A stretch of 64,000 nt of DNA from Callorhinchus milii (lineage: Eukaryota). The notes under the pieces were generated by a model, which was given only the letters and a program-made list of their open reading frames with translations, had not been told where the DNA came from and searched no databases. Made by a program: the position numbers and the translations under genes. The stretch is from assembly GCF_018977255.1 (NCBI RefSeq), contig NW_024704743.1, positions 9,364,001-9,428,000 on the forward strand, in the 5' to 3' direction. Of the stretch, positions 35,836 through 49,400 are shown in pieces (the stretch's first letter is position 1; each line of letters starts with the position of its first letter).

Positions 35836-36581
35836 ACAACAACAACTTGCATTTATATAGCGCCCTCCACACTGGACTGCATCTCAGAGCGCTTTACAGT
35901 AACGGATCCCGGGACCGAGCCAGGGGGAGGGGACGGAAGGTGACCAAAGGCGTGGTCGAAAAGAAAGGTCTTCATCAGAGACCTGAAAATGGGAAGGGAG
36001 GGAGTGAGATGAAGGGAGTGAGGAAAGCAGTTCCAGAGCCTCGGGGAATAGTGGCTGAAGGCACGGCCGCCGAGGCTGGAGCGGAGGACTCGGGGGACAA
36101 GGAGGAGGCCAGACCCAGACGAACGAAGGCAACGGATACTGCTTTGAGGAGAGAGGTCAGAGATGTAGGGGGGTGCAGAGGAGTGCAAGGACTTGAATAC
36201 AAGGGTGAGGATCTTGAAATCAATCTTCTCTGGATTAGGCAGCCAGTGCAGTCTGGCAAGATCTGGGCTGATCGGGGAGTGGAGTTTCATGCAGGTGAGA
36301 ATCCGGGCAAGGACTGAGGTGATCGGGGAGCGGAGTTTCATGCGGGTGAGAATGCGGGCGCCAGAGTTTTGAATGATTTGGATTTTATGGATGGTAGTGA
36401 ATGGGAGACCAGCAAGGAGGGCATTAGAGTAGACCAGCCAAGAGGTGACAAAGGCATAGACCAGGGAGAGAGGTATTGGCGGAGACGGGCGATGCGTCGG
36501 AGGTGGAAGAAAGCGGTGCTGATGAAGGACCGGATGTGGGGGAGGAAGGATAATTGGGGGTCGAACCTGATGCCTAGGTTG
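35836..36581 (-). mobile_element. L2 LINE 3' fragment (second tail type, ...tataaatgcaagttgttg) inserted into a family A SINE
   Basis: AFVTSWLVYSNALLAGLP...IQNSGARIL...LHWLP...FKILTLVFKSLH...GGRAFSHYSPRLWN. SINE pieces lie at 35795-35839 and 36582-36731. Confidence 0.92.
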
Positions 36582-37387
36582 CATCACAAAGCACTTCACA
36601 GAATATATTGTAAAGTAGATTGATTGTGTATTTTATGAGCGAAACGCAGCAGCCAATTGTGCACAGCAATGTCCCACAAACAGTCATGGAGTGAGTGGCC
36701 ATTGGTTTATTTATTTTTGGGAGGGATTATTACACTTCACTTTACAGTATATCCTGTGCAGCACTTTAGGACGTCTTCCCAATGTGAAAGGTGCTACACC
36801 AAACGTAAGGATTATTATTATTCCACTAATTTCAGTCAAGTGACTAAGGAAAGCCATGTCCAGTATGCAGTATACCTGGAGTAGATCTCCCAGATGAGAT
36901 CCTCATTACAACCTGAAAGAAAATGTTACAGAAAAACTCTCCTGTAAAGTTCCTGAACCAAATTTTGTTAAGAGATTTCCACATATTGTTGAAAATTTTT
37001 TGTAAAAGCCAAAACACACCCAGGCAAAGCAAGATACTAAATGGCACCATTAGCAACAGATGAGGTGTAATGGGGCGCAAAGAAGGAAGCCATCTGCTGT
37101 GATCTTTGTGCTCGTCTTCAAGCTGCAAATTGAAGAAATGTTGTGTGCTATTCATGCTCATGGCTAACAATTTAGGCACAAAGATGAAAAATTAGGGGTG
37201 GGGGTTGTAACCAGGTCAGGCTGTATATTACACACTTTCAACTAAAGTCTAGAGATCAATATCTTGAATGCTGCTACTGACCAGCTTAGATCTTTGTCCT
37301 TTTAAGAGCTTCAGGATGTTCCCCTGGTGTAGAGCCCTGTACAAATGCAAGTTGTTATTGTAGGCCTAGATACTTTATGTTTTATTT

Positions 37388-37705
37388 CTAATAATAAACC
37401 TTGCACTTGATATAATGCCTTATCATGAGATGACTCAAAGTGCTTCATAGGATATACTGTAAAGTGGATTGACTGTGTATTTTGTGGGTGAATCACGGAT
37501 GCTAATTGCTCACAGCAGTGTTCCACAAACAGGATTGAGTGAACAATTTTTTAAAAAAAATTGAGGGATTATTACTCCCTGAAAGCAATCCGCTAATTGA
37601 CTAACAACCAGGTTCCGATTTACTATAAGATAAATAGAGGCGCATGGAGTAAGGAAACTTGCCTAAAGTTTAACCCTGCCCGGGAATCAAACTCAAGTCC
37701 TCAAG
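37388..37705 (-). mobile_element. SINE family A, long subtype, head truncated
   Basis: Tail ataataaaccttgcacttgatata; internal aacaaccaggttcc...ggagtaaggaaacttgcc...gggaatcaaactc. Confidence 0.82.
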
Positions 37706-38264
37706 CTTTCACACTGATTCTAGTTTTCTCCCTTCCTCTCCTTTCCTCAATGTGTAAGCTAGGGTACAGTTCCACATACCCTGGGTACCTTTAATTAACT
37801 AGCCTTCTGACACTCACTATCGCCTGTTATAACTTGACTTGAAGCCAAAACTACAGATTATTGCTTTTGGTGCAACTGATTGTTCTCATGGAGGCAAGTT
37901 TTAGAATGAAGCAGGATGCAATCTTCTGCTTACAGTGTTCAACCCAGTGACAAGGATGCAGCCAGGTTATTCCTCGGTTATTCCTCGACACTAGGTCACG
38001 CTGCTTGCTGCCTAAGAGTGTAGTTGCTGTGCGGGCAGCAGCTTCTACACTGTACACAAATTAATTTATCCAGGTGGTCACATTGTGTGAATGGCCATCT
38101 TCAGATACGAAGAGCAACCATTATTACTATCAGGTGTAATGAAGATGAAAGCTGTGTGAGACATTTCAATGCGATAAAACACGATAAAAATATACAAACT
38201 TTTTTTCGTCTGGAATTTGGAGACAAAGCTAGGAAAAAGTTTGCAACTGACCAACAAGGAAATC

Positions 38265-38630
38265 AAGCAGTGATGTCTCACTTCTGAGTCAGAGGATCTG
38301 AGTGCAAGCCCTACATTGTGACTTTGAACTCGGTCTACGCTGACACTCCAATGCAATGCTGGCTGTGTGCTGCATTGTTGGAGGTGCCATCCTTCAGATG
38401 AGACGTTAAACCGTTCTGTTTGTTCAAGTGAACGCTAAAGATTCTTGTGGCAATATTTGAAGGGAGAAGAGCATTTCTCCCAGTGTCCTGGCCAACAATC
38501 CCCAAATAAAATTGGAAGTTTACTTCCTGGCTGCCGGTGGAACATTGCCTACCGCATTCGACCACAAATACACCATAAATTCTGTGAAGCGCTTTCAGAG
38601 ATCAGGAAAAGCGTTGCATCAAATACAAAA
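38265..38630 (+). mobile_element. Deu-domain SINE (family B)
   Basis: ctgagtcagagg...gctgacactccaatgc...cagatgagacgttaaaccg...cccagtgtcctggccaac. Confidence 0.82.
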
Positions 38631-39956
38631 AAAAATATTTATATCCTGAAAAGATGGGGTCAGAGATTGGCAGAGCCATTGCCTTTTAAACATGAGATGC
38701 TACCTCGCTCCGGGACACTACCCCGTGTGAAGGGCACTATGTAAATCCAAGTGGTTGTTGTTGAGATGCTGTGGTTGGCAATAGACATTTCTTGTAACAG
38801 AGCACAGAGGCAATCCTTGTGGCTAAGCAGTATTTCAGCGCCTTGGGATGTCCTCCCAATGTAAAAGGCATTATACAATGTAAATGTAATTTTTATTGTT
38901 GTATTCAGTAGCTTTGTACATGGCATCACTAAAATCAGAGGACAACACAGCTCTGACAACACCATTAAGAATCGCAGAACAGTCAGGTGTAATGAAAGGA
39001 AACCCAGAACCTGACCCATTACACCAACAAATGCTTGAATGCGTTTACCTCAAATAAAAGGCAGCATTGTCAGTGCCTTTTACATACAGGATTCTGTAGG
39101 AAAGAAATTGTCAAATACAACAATCCAAACTATAACTCTTTGGCTGCGGACAGACTTCCTGGCATAGAGCAAGCCGTGGGATTCCAGCTAACAATGGTGT
39201 TTTCCCTTGTTATTTTCAGCCGCGGACTCTTAAGCAAACATCGGGTGGTGATGTCACACAGGAAGTGGGTCTTAAATGAAGTAAATAGCAGGAAGAGAAG
39301 ACCCCACACGGCACTTCACAGATGTGGGATAAACGCTTGCTGGCAACAAAATATTGGGATACGTGGATCTGATATACTGCAGGGGAAGCTGATAATTAAT
39401 TCAAAAAACAGGTCGAATGATTAGCAAAGAGGGATGAAAATAGCTTCAAGTGAAGTCCAGGCATTTAATACAAAGCAACAACAGGATCTGAAGCTGGGCG
39501 TAAAAGTAATTGAATGCGCCTGTAAAAACTTGCTGAATGGTAAAATAACTCATTGCCGTTTTGCCTAATTGCTCCAATTGTTAGCAGCTGATAGAAGGCA
39601 TTTCAGAGCTCAGGGCAGGAGATTTCTGTCCAGTTGTAGACAAGGGGTGAAATCCAGTTCACGCAAGGCTAAAATCACAGACCAGCCACCAGCCTGTGTA
39701 ACTGTACATAGAATTTTGACTCACACAAAGCTTCAAAGCATTGTGAAAACCTATCATCAGATTTCAGATAATGGAAGAAACATTCCTGAACTGCTGTTTA
39801 AGATGAAAGAGTCCCAAATTCTGATCCACTTAGTAGAATTGTCTCGACTGCTACACAATGAGTTTCTATGCTTCATGTGAGAAGCTTCCGTCACTCTGAG
39901 CTGCAGATATGCATTACTAAAATGGCAGTTTGAAATGGAACGGTTTATGGAACAGT

Positions 39957-40215
39957 GTGTCAGCCTGACTCAGTTTGTATCACTCTCGCTATGAGGTCAG
40001 AATGCTCTGGGTTCAAGCCCCACGTTGGTCTATATAGTCTAAGCTGACACTTCAGCGCAGTGCTGGGGTAGCGCAGTGCATTGTTGTGGTCCTGTCCTTC
40101 GGATGAGACATTAAACAGTCTACCTGTTCAGTCGGACATTGAGGATCCCATGGCACAATTCGAAAAGAGAAGCAAGTTTGTTCAGGTTTCCTGACCAAAT
40201 TCCTCCAAATATAAC
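39957..40215 (+). mobile_element. Deu-domain SINE (family B), 5' part
   Basis: gtgtcagcctgactcagtttg...gggttcaagccc...cggatgagacattaaac...gatcccatggcac. Confidence 0.82.
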
Positions 40216-42002
40216 TGGCAAAAGCACCAGAAACCCATACTTCTTGCATTTGATTTTACAATTCATCGTGTCGTCAAAATATAAAGTGCTTCACATGATT
40301 TTTCTATGAAGTGCAACAAACTGTGCATTTTCTAGCCAATTGCACCAGCAATGTCCCTCAAACAGCCATAACGTGAATGACCGATTTTATCTATAATTAA
40401 TTCAAAGAAATAGCTGTTGTACAAATCAGTTGAAACAAAAGGTTCTTTTTACTCTAGCTAAGCAGCCAGACCATCGTTCTTCATTAAAACGGCTGTTAAA
40501 GTTCAAAGGAAATTGGGCACCTCCATTTCAGATATTTCAAACAGCCAATACCAATCTGTTTCTTGTCCTTTGGATCTGCTTTGCAAAAATTCACAAAAAT
40601 AAAAGTGGGAAGAGAGAAGCAGACAGCACAGGATGTCAATCAATACCATTAAAGAACATTTATTCCTCCTCCCAATCAGCAAACAAATTGCTCTGATCAC
40701 AACACGCAGCTGAGGATTGAATAGTGCACTAATTTTCTCCATTGATCCCCTGATCGATTTAGATGGCTCTGGCTTACTTTCCACCACACATGGGCTTCCA
40801 CCCCTCCAAATCCCCTATCCCTCTATTGTCTTCTCTATGCATCAAGTTTCCTTGCAATACATGCTCAATTTTGTTTCAATACGGGCTGCACTTGTTCCAT
40901 CTTTGGATGGTGATCTGAACTTGTGTGGATGTCTACGACCTTTTTAAGTGCGTTCCAGAACATCTCAGATTGCAATAAATCAAAGGGAGTGACAACGTCA
41001 GCAGGATGCCCAGAATCCCTACAGATTCCCACACATATGGTATATGAATAACACGCCACAAGAAGAGACAGAGCAGCCAATGAATGTTACAGCAAAAACG
41101 CTTAATAACAATAAATGTCTGTGGGAAGGGGCTTTGTTTCCAATTTTTAAAAAAGTTTCACTAAGTCCTTAGCCAAAACCCAGTTAAATCTGATATTTAA
41201 GAATCTAAATCTTGATGAATATGTGAAACTTTAAGAACAAGAGCTAGCGCTAATTGCAAACTTTGTTTCGGACGCATTCAGGTAATAGTCAAAATAACAG
41301 TGGCAAAAGACATCAATGAAAACCCAGCATCTCTTTTGGCATTGTTGTCGTGTGTCTCAATGGAGTCACTGGATTCAGAGCAGCACTTAAAGATTTTACT
41401 GAAAAATGCACCCAAAAGATCTTCGATACGATAAAATCAGGCACTTTGCTGCACTTTTCTTGGTTAAATATAATTTACAGGTTTTAGCGCACAACTATTA
41501 TAATGTGTATTTAGAGTCACTTTTGGGTCTTGCAACTTGCAAGCAAACTGATGTATTGTATCTATGAAGTAAGTAATACCACATTTGTTCTTCCTCTCCT
41601 GAAGTCGCAGGCTCGTGTTGGCAAGGAGCACAATACACTACTATTTATATGGCACCTTTCACGTCAGGAGGATATCCCATTGCATTTCATACATTCACAC
41701 GGATGACTGCTAACCTGAGCTGGGGGAGCGAAAGATAACCAAAAGTATGGTCTTAGAAATGGGTCTTAAGGGGGGCTTTAGAAAGGAGGGGGCAAGTTGG
41801 AGTGACTCTGGGATGGAGTTTGTGTCTGCCTACAATTTACACACCAATAATTTGCATTTATAAAGCAGACTTCATGGAGCATAGCCTTACATATAAATCC
41901 CTCAAATTATTTTTTGTGAAAGATGCTGTATAAAATGCAAGGTTTATTATTATTATTATTAATTTTTCTGAAGTTTACTTCACATCTATAGCATTTTCAA
42001 TC

Positions 42003-42047
42003 TCTCCCTCGCTCTCTCTCTCTCTCTCTATATATATATGTATATAT
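42003..42047. repeat. (CT)n(AT)n compound microsatellite
   Basis: ctctctctctctctctctatatatatatgtatata. Confidence 0.85.
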
Positions 42048-43574
42048 TCTCCTGGTTCACTAAAGTACATGAACCTGATCGCAAAGATCGTGCAGATGGA
42101 ATGATTGGAGTTTGCTTTAAAAAAACGCCTGCTGTATGACTTGGGAAAATGATGAATGTTCTCAAAAATGGACACCAATTACTCAGGGTCACGCAACAAA
42201 ATTATCAAATTAGTATCACATAATCAGCTCTACATGTCCTAACCGTACAACCCTGGAGCATCAGGGCTTCAAACCCATTCTGCTAAATAGCCACCAGAAA
42301 CTAAAACTCTGAGCACAAAAGCCAAAACACTCCATCTCATCATCAAAGACAAGATAATCCCATTTTGGTTGACTCCTGTGGTTACCTGTAGAGTTTCTAT
42401 TAGTAGCAAGTACTGATGGGGTAATAAAACCATCTGACTATCTTTTGGCGGTCACACATGACATCTATAACCAGATCCAGATCCATCTGCTTTTCTCACA
42501 GCTAGACTCTCACTTGGTCCAATATTAAACCAGGCTCTATTACTGGAGAGAGCCGCATAAAGAGTTCAACATCTCCAGCACAGATCCAGGATAAAGTATT
42601 ATTCTAATCCAGCCAGGAGTTTTCGTCTCATTGTTGCACTACACCAAAGCCCATATGAACCTCCTTCTGTGCACAGATCTTCCAGATTTCAGCTTGCAGG
42701 CTTCACTGCACTGGAAACATCCCAGCCCCGCTGTGAATGCAAATAGGACAGCACAAAGATTTTACCCGGCGATGCTTTTTCATCAGGAGTTTGTTGGAGG
42801 AGGCAGGCTGCAATGATCGGCAGTCAAATATCTCAGGATCAAAAGGTGACAGATTGGTGACTGAGCTCCCACTACCTATGCAATACAATCTACATTTATG
42901 TAGTGCCTTTCACGTTAGCAGGGCTTTCAAAGCACTTAAAAAGCATTTATGGACCCCTATCTTCTTTGTTCAAGCACCCTCTGCCCCTCTCTGTTTCACT
43001 CCAGTCACCCACTCTCCATTGCTCCAAGCCCCCTCTCTCCCCTCCTTGTGCTCTGGTCTCCTCTCTTGACCGCCTTTCTTTGGAGCCCTGTAGCTCAGTG
43101 GTTAGAGATTGCAAGAAATTTTAATTTAAAAAAATTATATTGGAATTTTGTACTTCTTGAGAATGTTTTATGCAGCTTTGTTTACAACTGAAATATCCTT
43201 TATATATAAATATTGTTTGTCATAGCAACAAAGCAATTTTGTATTTTGTCTTTCTTTGGAATGTGTCACAAATTATGAAGCATTTTTTGTATCCTAAATG
43301 TCCTCTAGATTCTGTTGTTCCCATAGCACAAAGTTCTGATAGTGATGTTTATTTCAGCAACACTATGTTAACTGAAAATCTAGGAACTTCAATGGGCGGG
43401 TAAAGTGGGCTAAGTTGTCTCTTTATAATAAAAAGATATATAAAATATAAATCTAAATATTGGCCATTGTACTCTTTATACATATTGTACCATATGTGTG
43501 TGTGTGTGTGGACAGATGGTTGGTGCGTCAGCCTGGTGCAGTGACAAAACTTTTGTCTCTGAGTCATAAGTCAG

Positions 43575-43920
43575 GTCTGACTCCACGGTTTTGCTCCACC
43601 CTACCTCTCCGACCTCCTAACACTCTACCATCCTGTTCGCTCCCTCCACTCAGCGGGCTCCAGCCTGCTTCACATCCCCTGCCTTGCTCGCCCCACTATT
43701 GGGCCTTCCACCACTCTGCACCCACCATCTGGAACTTCATCCCGCATTTCCTCCGTCTCACCCCCTCCCTTGCCACCTTCAAGATCCATCTCAAGACCCT
43801 CCTCTTTGACCATGCTTTCGATCTCCCTGCTTCCCCCTTACCCTGTCCAGCGCCTTGGGACATCCTCCTGACTTGAAAGGCGCTATACAAATGTAATTTT
43901 GTTGTTGTTGTTGTTGTTGT
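43575..43920 (+). mobile_element. L2 LINE 3' fragment
   Basis: AFHHSAPTIWNFIPHFLRLTPSLATFKIHLKTLLFDHAF; tail aggcgctatacaaatgtaattttgttgttgttg. Confidence 0.9.
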
Positions 43921-44272
43921 AGAACACTCGCAAGCAAGCAAGTGAGAGCCTGGGTTCGATTGCCGCATGGCGAAACGTTGGGCAAGTTTCCTTACTCCAC
44001 ATGGCTGTTCACCTAGCAGTAAGTAGGAACCTGGTTGTTAGTCGATTGGCAAATCACTTTTCCGGGGGTAATAATTCCTTCAAAAAAAAATAATAAATTG
44101 GTCACTCAATCCACGACCGTTTGTGGGACACCGCTGTGCACAAATGGCTGCCGCATTTCGCCCACGAAATGTACAGTCACTACACTGTACAATATATTCT
44201 GTGAAACACTTTGAGACGTCTCAAAGACGTGATAAGGCGCTATTTCAAATGCAAGGATTATCATTACTATTA
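43921..44272 (+). mobile_element. SINE family A, long subtype; its missing first ~26 nt are found at 43082-43107
   Basis: agaacactcgc...cctgggttcgatt...gggcaagtttccttactccac...gttcacctagcagtaagtaggaacctgg...aaatgcaaggatta. Confidence 0.88.
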
Positions 44273-46864
44273 CATCCCCCTCTCCTCTTCCGTCTGCATC
44301 TCCCGAATGGCTGATCTGAAGCAGTAATTTGCTACATTGCGAAATCATTGATTCATATCAACATTCTGTGTTTACTCCTAGTTATAAGAGCTTCAACCAC
44401 ATTAGTTGTAAATACTAGACTCTCTCTTTAGATAATACATGAGCATTTATTATTAGTCTCTTTCTGTAACCCTATGATGCGTATTCTTATAGTGGATAGC
44501 ATTTAATCATAGAAAGACTTGACTGTTGTTATTCAAGTATATATTTGTTTCTGTGTTCAGGGTGGAGGAGGGAATGAAATAACATAAGGGTATTTTTAAA
44601 CACGCACGGAAATATTTGGACGTCCATTAATTTGGGAGACATCTCGCTTCGCTAATGTTTAGTAATCAATCAGACACTAAAAAGCCTTCAGGGACCACAA
44701 GGAACAGGACTGAGGCCCCTGTGACTGAGGTTTACAGCACAATCAGTCACCAAAGGGGACAATCTCTTCCCTTTCAAAAACAACATCCGGGGAGAGAGAA
44801 ATCAACACTCTTTATGATACGGAAATGGGAATTCTGAAAGGATGAGATCAGAGGAGACGAAGAGCCTTCTTCACTCTGACTACCCTTAGAGGTCTTGTCC
44901 GGGTCATTCTCATTTCCATCATCAGATCTCACTCTCTGTAACAGGGGAATAGATCAGAATGAAGAAATATAAAGTTTGTAAATTTCTATGGTTCTTGAGA
45001 TACATTGATTTGAGCAAACAATGTCATAAAGCACTATCAAATGCAGAGTTTTGTTATTATTGGATATCCTCCTGACATGAAAGTTGCTAACACAAAAACT
45101 AGGATGATTATTAATTATTATTATTAATAATGATTTGCAGTTATACAGCACTTTTTTGTTGGATATCTTGAAGAACTTTACAGTGATAAAGTGGAATTGA
45201 GCAAGATGCAAAATTGAGAGCGAAAGGGGTGGTTGAATGGAGCTGACTGAAGCGGTCGAAGAGATAGATTCGATCGCACCTACCTCAACATGTCAACATT
45301 TAATTTATTTTTAAGCAGGACTTTGGAAGCTGAGAGCGAAGGTGCTAGCTGGAGGGATTTGGAGAAAGACTTCTAGAGAGCCTGAAAGCTGCCAATAGCA
45401 CAGTAACCAAGCATAAAATGGTGAGTTACTTGACTTGGCGTAAACACTGCCTGAAAAGAAACATAATAAGTCTGTTCTATTACAAGTAATAAACCTATTC
45501 AATTAACTGGAATCAGATTGTGTTTGTTGAGTGTGTGTCTGGTATATTTCCTACAGATCTGAAGTGGCACAGAGTTAGTCCTGTACTTCAGGCCGCCCAT
45601 TTTGTTGGACACTTGACACATTCCCTAAACTGCTCCTATCTGTTCTAAAGCAACACCATTCATGCAACAGGAATTCTCTCCTAATGGACCCAAATGAAAT
45701 TAATCCCAAATAAAACTGAATTACTGTGTGAGTGTCAACATTTAATTTCTTCTAATTATATTTTCAAACCGTCAGCATAAGTAACCGTTTCAGAACGCAT
45801 TAGCAACAGATTGGGAAGATTGGCCATCATACTCTTCGCATACTGTCTGCCTGGTGCAGCACTACATTGGCTCTTCACTTCTGCAACTATCATAAAGGCT
45901 ATAAAACGTGCCCTTTGTTTCCAAGTGATGCTCATTTCAGCTAGTTGCCTGGTTGACACACAGCTCCCAATGGGAGAATCAGTGTGACATTTATTATTAA
46001 CTTGCCCGTTCTCAGTCTGACAAATTAAAGATGCATTTTTACGAGTCCTATGAATTACAGTAGGTAAATCAGCAGCTATTTTATGCACAGCAAAGTCCTA
46101 CAAACAGTCATTTGTCAGGGCAATTTTATCTGAGAGATTGCTGGCCAGGGAGGAACACCCTTCGTTTTCTCAATAGCATCCTGGTATGTTTAACATCCAA
46201 GCAAACAGAACCTCAGTCACACAAAGCGCCACACATCCAAGAACGCAGAACTTCCTCCCAGCACTACAACAGAGTGTTGATCCAAACCATCAGCTCAAGT
46301 TCCGATGTGGTGTTGAAGCCACAGGCATGAGCACTGATCCACACTGACACACAACCTGTAAAGTCCATCTCATCCACATCACTAGGCTCTAAGTTATCAG
46401 GTGAGACTCCCAGAGCCAGAATCATGCTTTCTTTATTTAAGAAAAGATCAATAACAATAATTGCATTGGATACAGGACCTTTCACGTCATCCAAACATCT
46501 TCATATGATTTTTAAGGTAGGCCAACCAGACTGCCAATTTGCGCCCTGCAATCAAGAAGACATGATAGATGTTTAAAACTGCTGAGAGGAATCGATAACA
46601 TGGATGACACCAAGTTATGTGAATGGACTTCAAGGCCTGAGAGGATTCAACGCTATATGGAGTACCGGAAACATCGATGAGCAGGATATACGGTGAGAGA
46701 GGTAAGCAGCACCTTTCCATAAAGGTTGACCATCACTGGTCTTCCCCAAGCCCAACCCTGTCCTCATCAAATGTAAAGCATTTCAGAGGCAGTTTGACGG
46801 TGCAAAAGTTGGGCAGGAGGGTGGCTATTCTAGAAGGATTATACCAAATTAGTTTTTTTCATCC

Positions 46865-47085
46865 CAAACCCCTCTTGTGAGCATCCATTCCAAGAGGGGT
46901 TCTTTGGTGAGCAAGCGGAAGCAGGAACTCGGCTAATTTCTCTTTCTGGTGACTCCGAAGTTAAGTGCAACTCATTAAATACTGCCTGGCTGCGATCAGC
47001 TAACTCAGGATTCAAAGCGGAAACCTCTGGACTATCAGGCTCCATTCCACACTTGGCAGGAGTTTGACCAATCAAGCCATGGGAG
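46865..47085 (-). mobile_element. Ancient SINE (AmnSINE2-like)
   Basis: Reverse complement has catggcttgattggt...gaatcctgagttagctgatcgcagccaggcagt...aaattagccgagttcctgcttcc. Confidence 0.55.
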
Positions 47086-49027
47086 GAAAGGGGACAGGAA
47101 ATACCCTTTTCACTATTCATATATTACACACTAAACTCTAAAGTACTATCCTCTCAGAAGTGCCTGCTCCAGATGGTAGGTTAATAAAGTTTTTATTGAG
47201 AAGCTCTCAAACGTGATGCCTGTCAGAAGCAAAACATTCACAGCTCTTTAAGTTACTGTGATATAAACCAAACTTCCCAAAGGATTGCCAGCCAAAATAG
47301 GGACGAGGTCCACACATTTTTAAATGATTTGTTCAGAAATGGGCTTCCTTTAAAAGAAAGCACACACAAACACACAATATGATAAACTGGATTTGAAACA
47401 GATCATTTTCTGCTTTTCAGCATATTTGGGGAATTGGAAGGATCAGCTTGTACAACAGCTTCTTTTAAAGTGTTGGAAACATCAAAACAAACCCAATGTC
47501 ATCTCTAGGAATTGATGCTGTGTTAAGAAAGAAACAACAATTAATAAGAACTGCCAATGCAACTGCAATGTTAAGTCACATTTGGAGATGAGGAACACAG
47601 TAGTTTACATGAATGCAATGTATGCCCCGAAGACAAGAATGTGCAATATTTCCAAGGAACTCTGTCCTATCATCCAGGAAGCGTCACTGATCGGATTGTT
47701 CTTGTGCCTCTTTTATGTTGAAGAATCCAAAGGCTGGTAATTTGCCACGTGTTGGAGCTCCAGAACGTTTTCCTTCCCTGTAATCTCCTGCTATCCAAAG
47801 GTCTCCTCAGCTTTCTTGTGTCCACCCCCATTTCCCAGCTCAAGATCTGTCTTGTTGTGTGAAACGCTTTGAGATGTCCTCCTGACATGAAAAGCGCTAC
47901 AAAAATGTGAGCTGTTGCATTCAGATGAATTACAATACAACAGCCAAAGTAGATGACCAAAGCATTTTTCATTCCCCATTCCTCTAATTCATCATGAGCA
48001 ACCCCAGTTATTTTTAGTTGAATCAATAGTGAATAAGGTCAGATTAGATGTTCTCATAGGCCCTGCTGTTCTTTCACCCAGGACAAGACTGTATGGTAAA
48101 TTGGAGTGTAGCAACAGCAGGACATAAAGCAATGTAAGCTTCTACTTCAGTGGACATGTGTACTCGACAACTTGGTTTTATACACAAAATCCAGCACAGG
48201 ATTAATAATAATAAGTCTTATATTTGATAAAGCCCTATAACGTGGAGAACACGACAAAGCACCTCCCAAAGTTTCTGTAAAATTTAGTGACTGTGTATTT
48301 GTAGGTGAAGAATGAAAAACCTAGAGAAAGTTGGTAAAAACTTTAAAAATGTCAGAGACATGTAGACAAGACTTATTGTACCTTTTAGCATTGGGTAACA
48401 TTTGGTAAAAGGTCTCCATCGATTGTTCAGCAACATGCTCATGCAATTTTCCACTTAAATAAAACCTCTGACTGATCTGTGCGTCAAATGTCTTGTTCTG
48501 TTATATTTACGCACAGGGATGATAGGCCAGTCGGTCTGAGGGGTGAAATGATTTATAATTTCTCAGCACGGGATCAAAATTTGGTGTGGTTGTTTCAAAA
48601 ATGAAAGTTTAACAACCTCCGCAGGCTCGAGTTAAGACTTTTAGCCCAGCTCCTTTCCAGCTCCCGCATTCTGTGCAATTATTTGCATTTTGTACAGAAA
48701 CCAGGCCATCCATTAGCCCAGCAGTGCTCTCGCACATCCAGATCAATAGTGACTAGATTATTCCCATAGGAATCGGTTGTTGGGCACTTAGTGCTTTGTT
48801 TCGCCACTGGAATCCAAAGCAAGAACGTTGGGAGACCACAGAATAATTCAAAACATCATTCAACTTTACTTGCTGGAGCCAAGCATACTGCATTTGTCAA
48901 GTACAAAGGTTTAAGTACAACAAGAGCGAGCAAAGCACTGAAATTGCATACACATGTGGGAATTCTAGACTCTCCTCCTCGCTCTCCTGCCATGGTTGCT
49001 GCAAGCACCTGTTCCTTGTTCCTTCAC

Positions 49028-49400
49028 AGCATTCTCGCCTCTGGGTTGGAAGGTTGGGGCTTCAAAGTCTCTCGACGGGGCTTGGGCTCACAGCCCAGGC
49101 TGACACTCGAGTGCAGAACTGCAGAGAGCTGCATTTTTACTGATTCCAGCCTTCGTATGGGGCAAGAAACCAAGGTCCCATCCTGCTTTTTCTTATGGTG
49201 GATATTCTAGATCCTGTGATGTTGTTCAAAAGAAGGAAGCCTTCCCCTTGCCAACAAATGGCAATTACATTGTGGCTTTTTTGGGGACACAGTGGTGCAT
49301 AAAATGGCGGCGCTATTTGCCTGCTAAAGGCAGTTGCTATACTTGACAATTACTTTAAAGCACGTTGAGATGCACTGACCTACAAGACACTATATATTGA
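49028..49400 (+). mobile_element. Deu-domain SINE (family B), degraded
   Basis: ctcgcctctgggttggaaggttggggcttcaaag...caggctgacactcgagtgcag...aaaccaaggtcccatcc. Confidence 0.65.
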
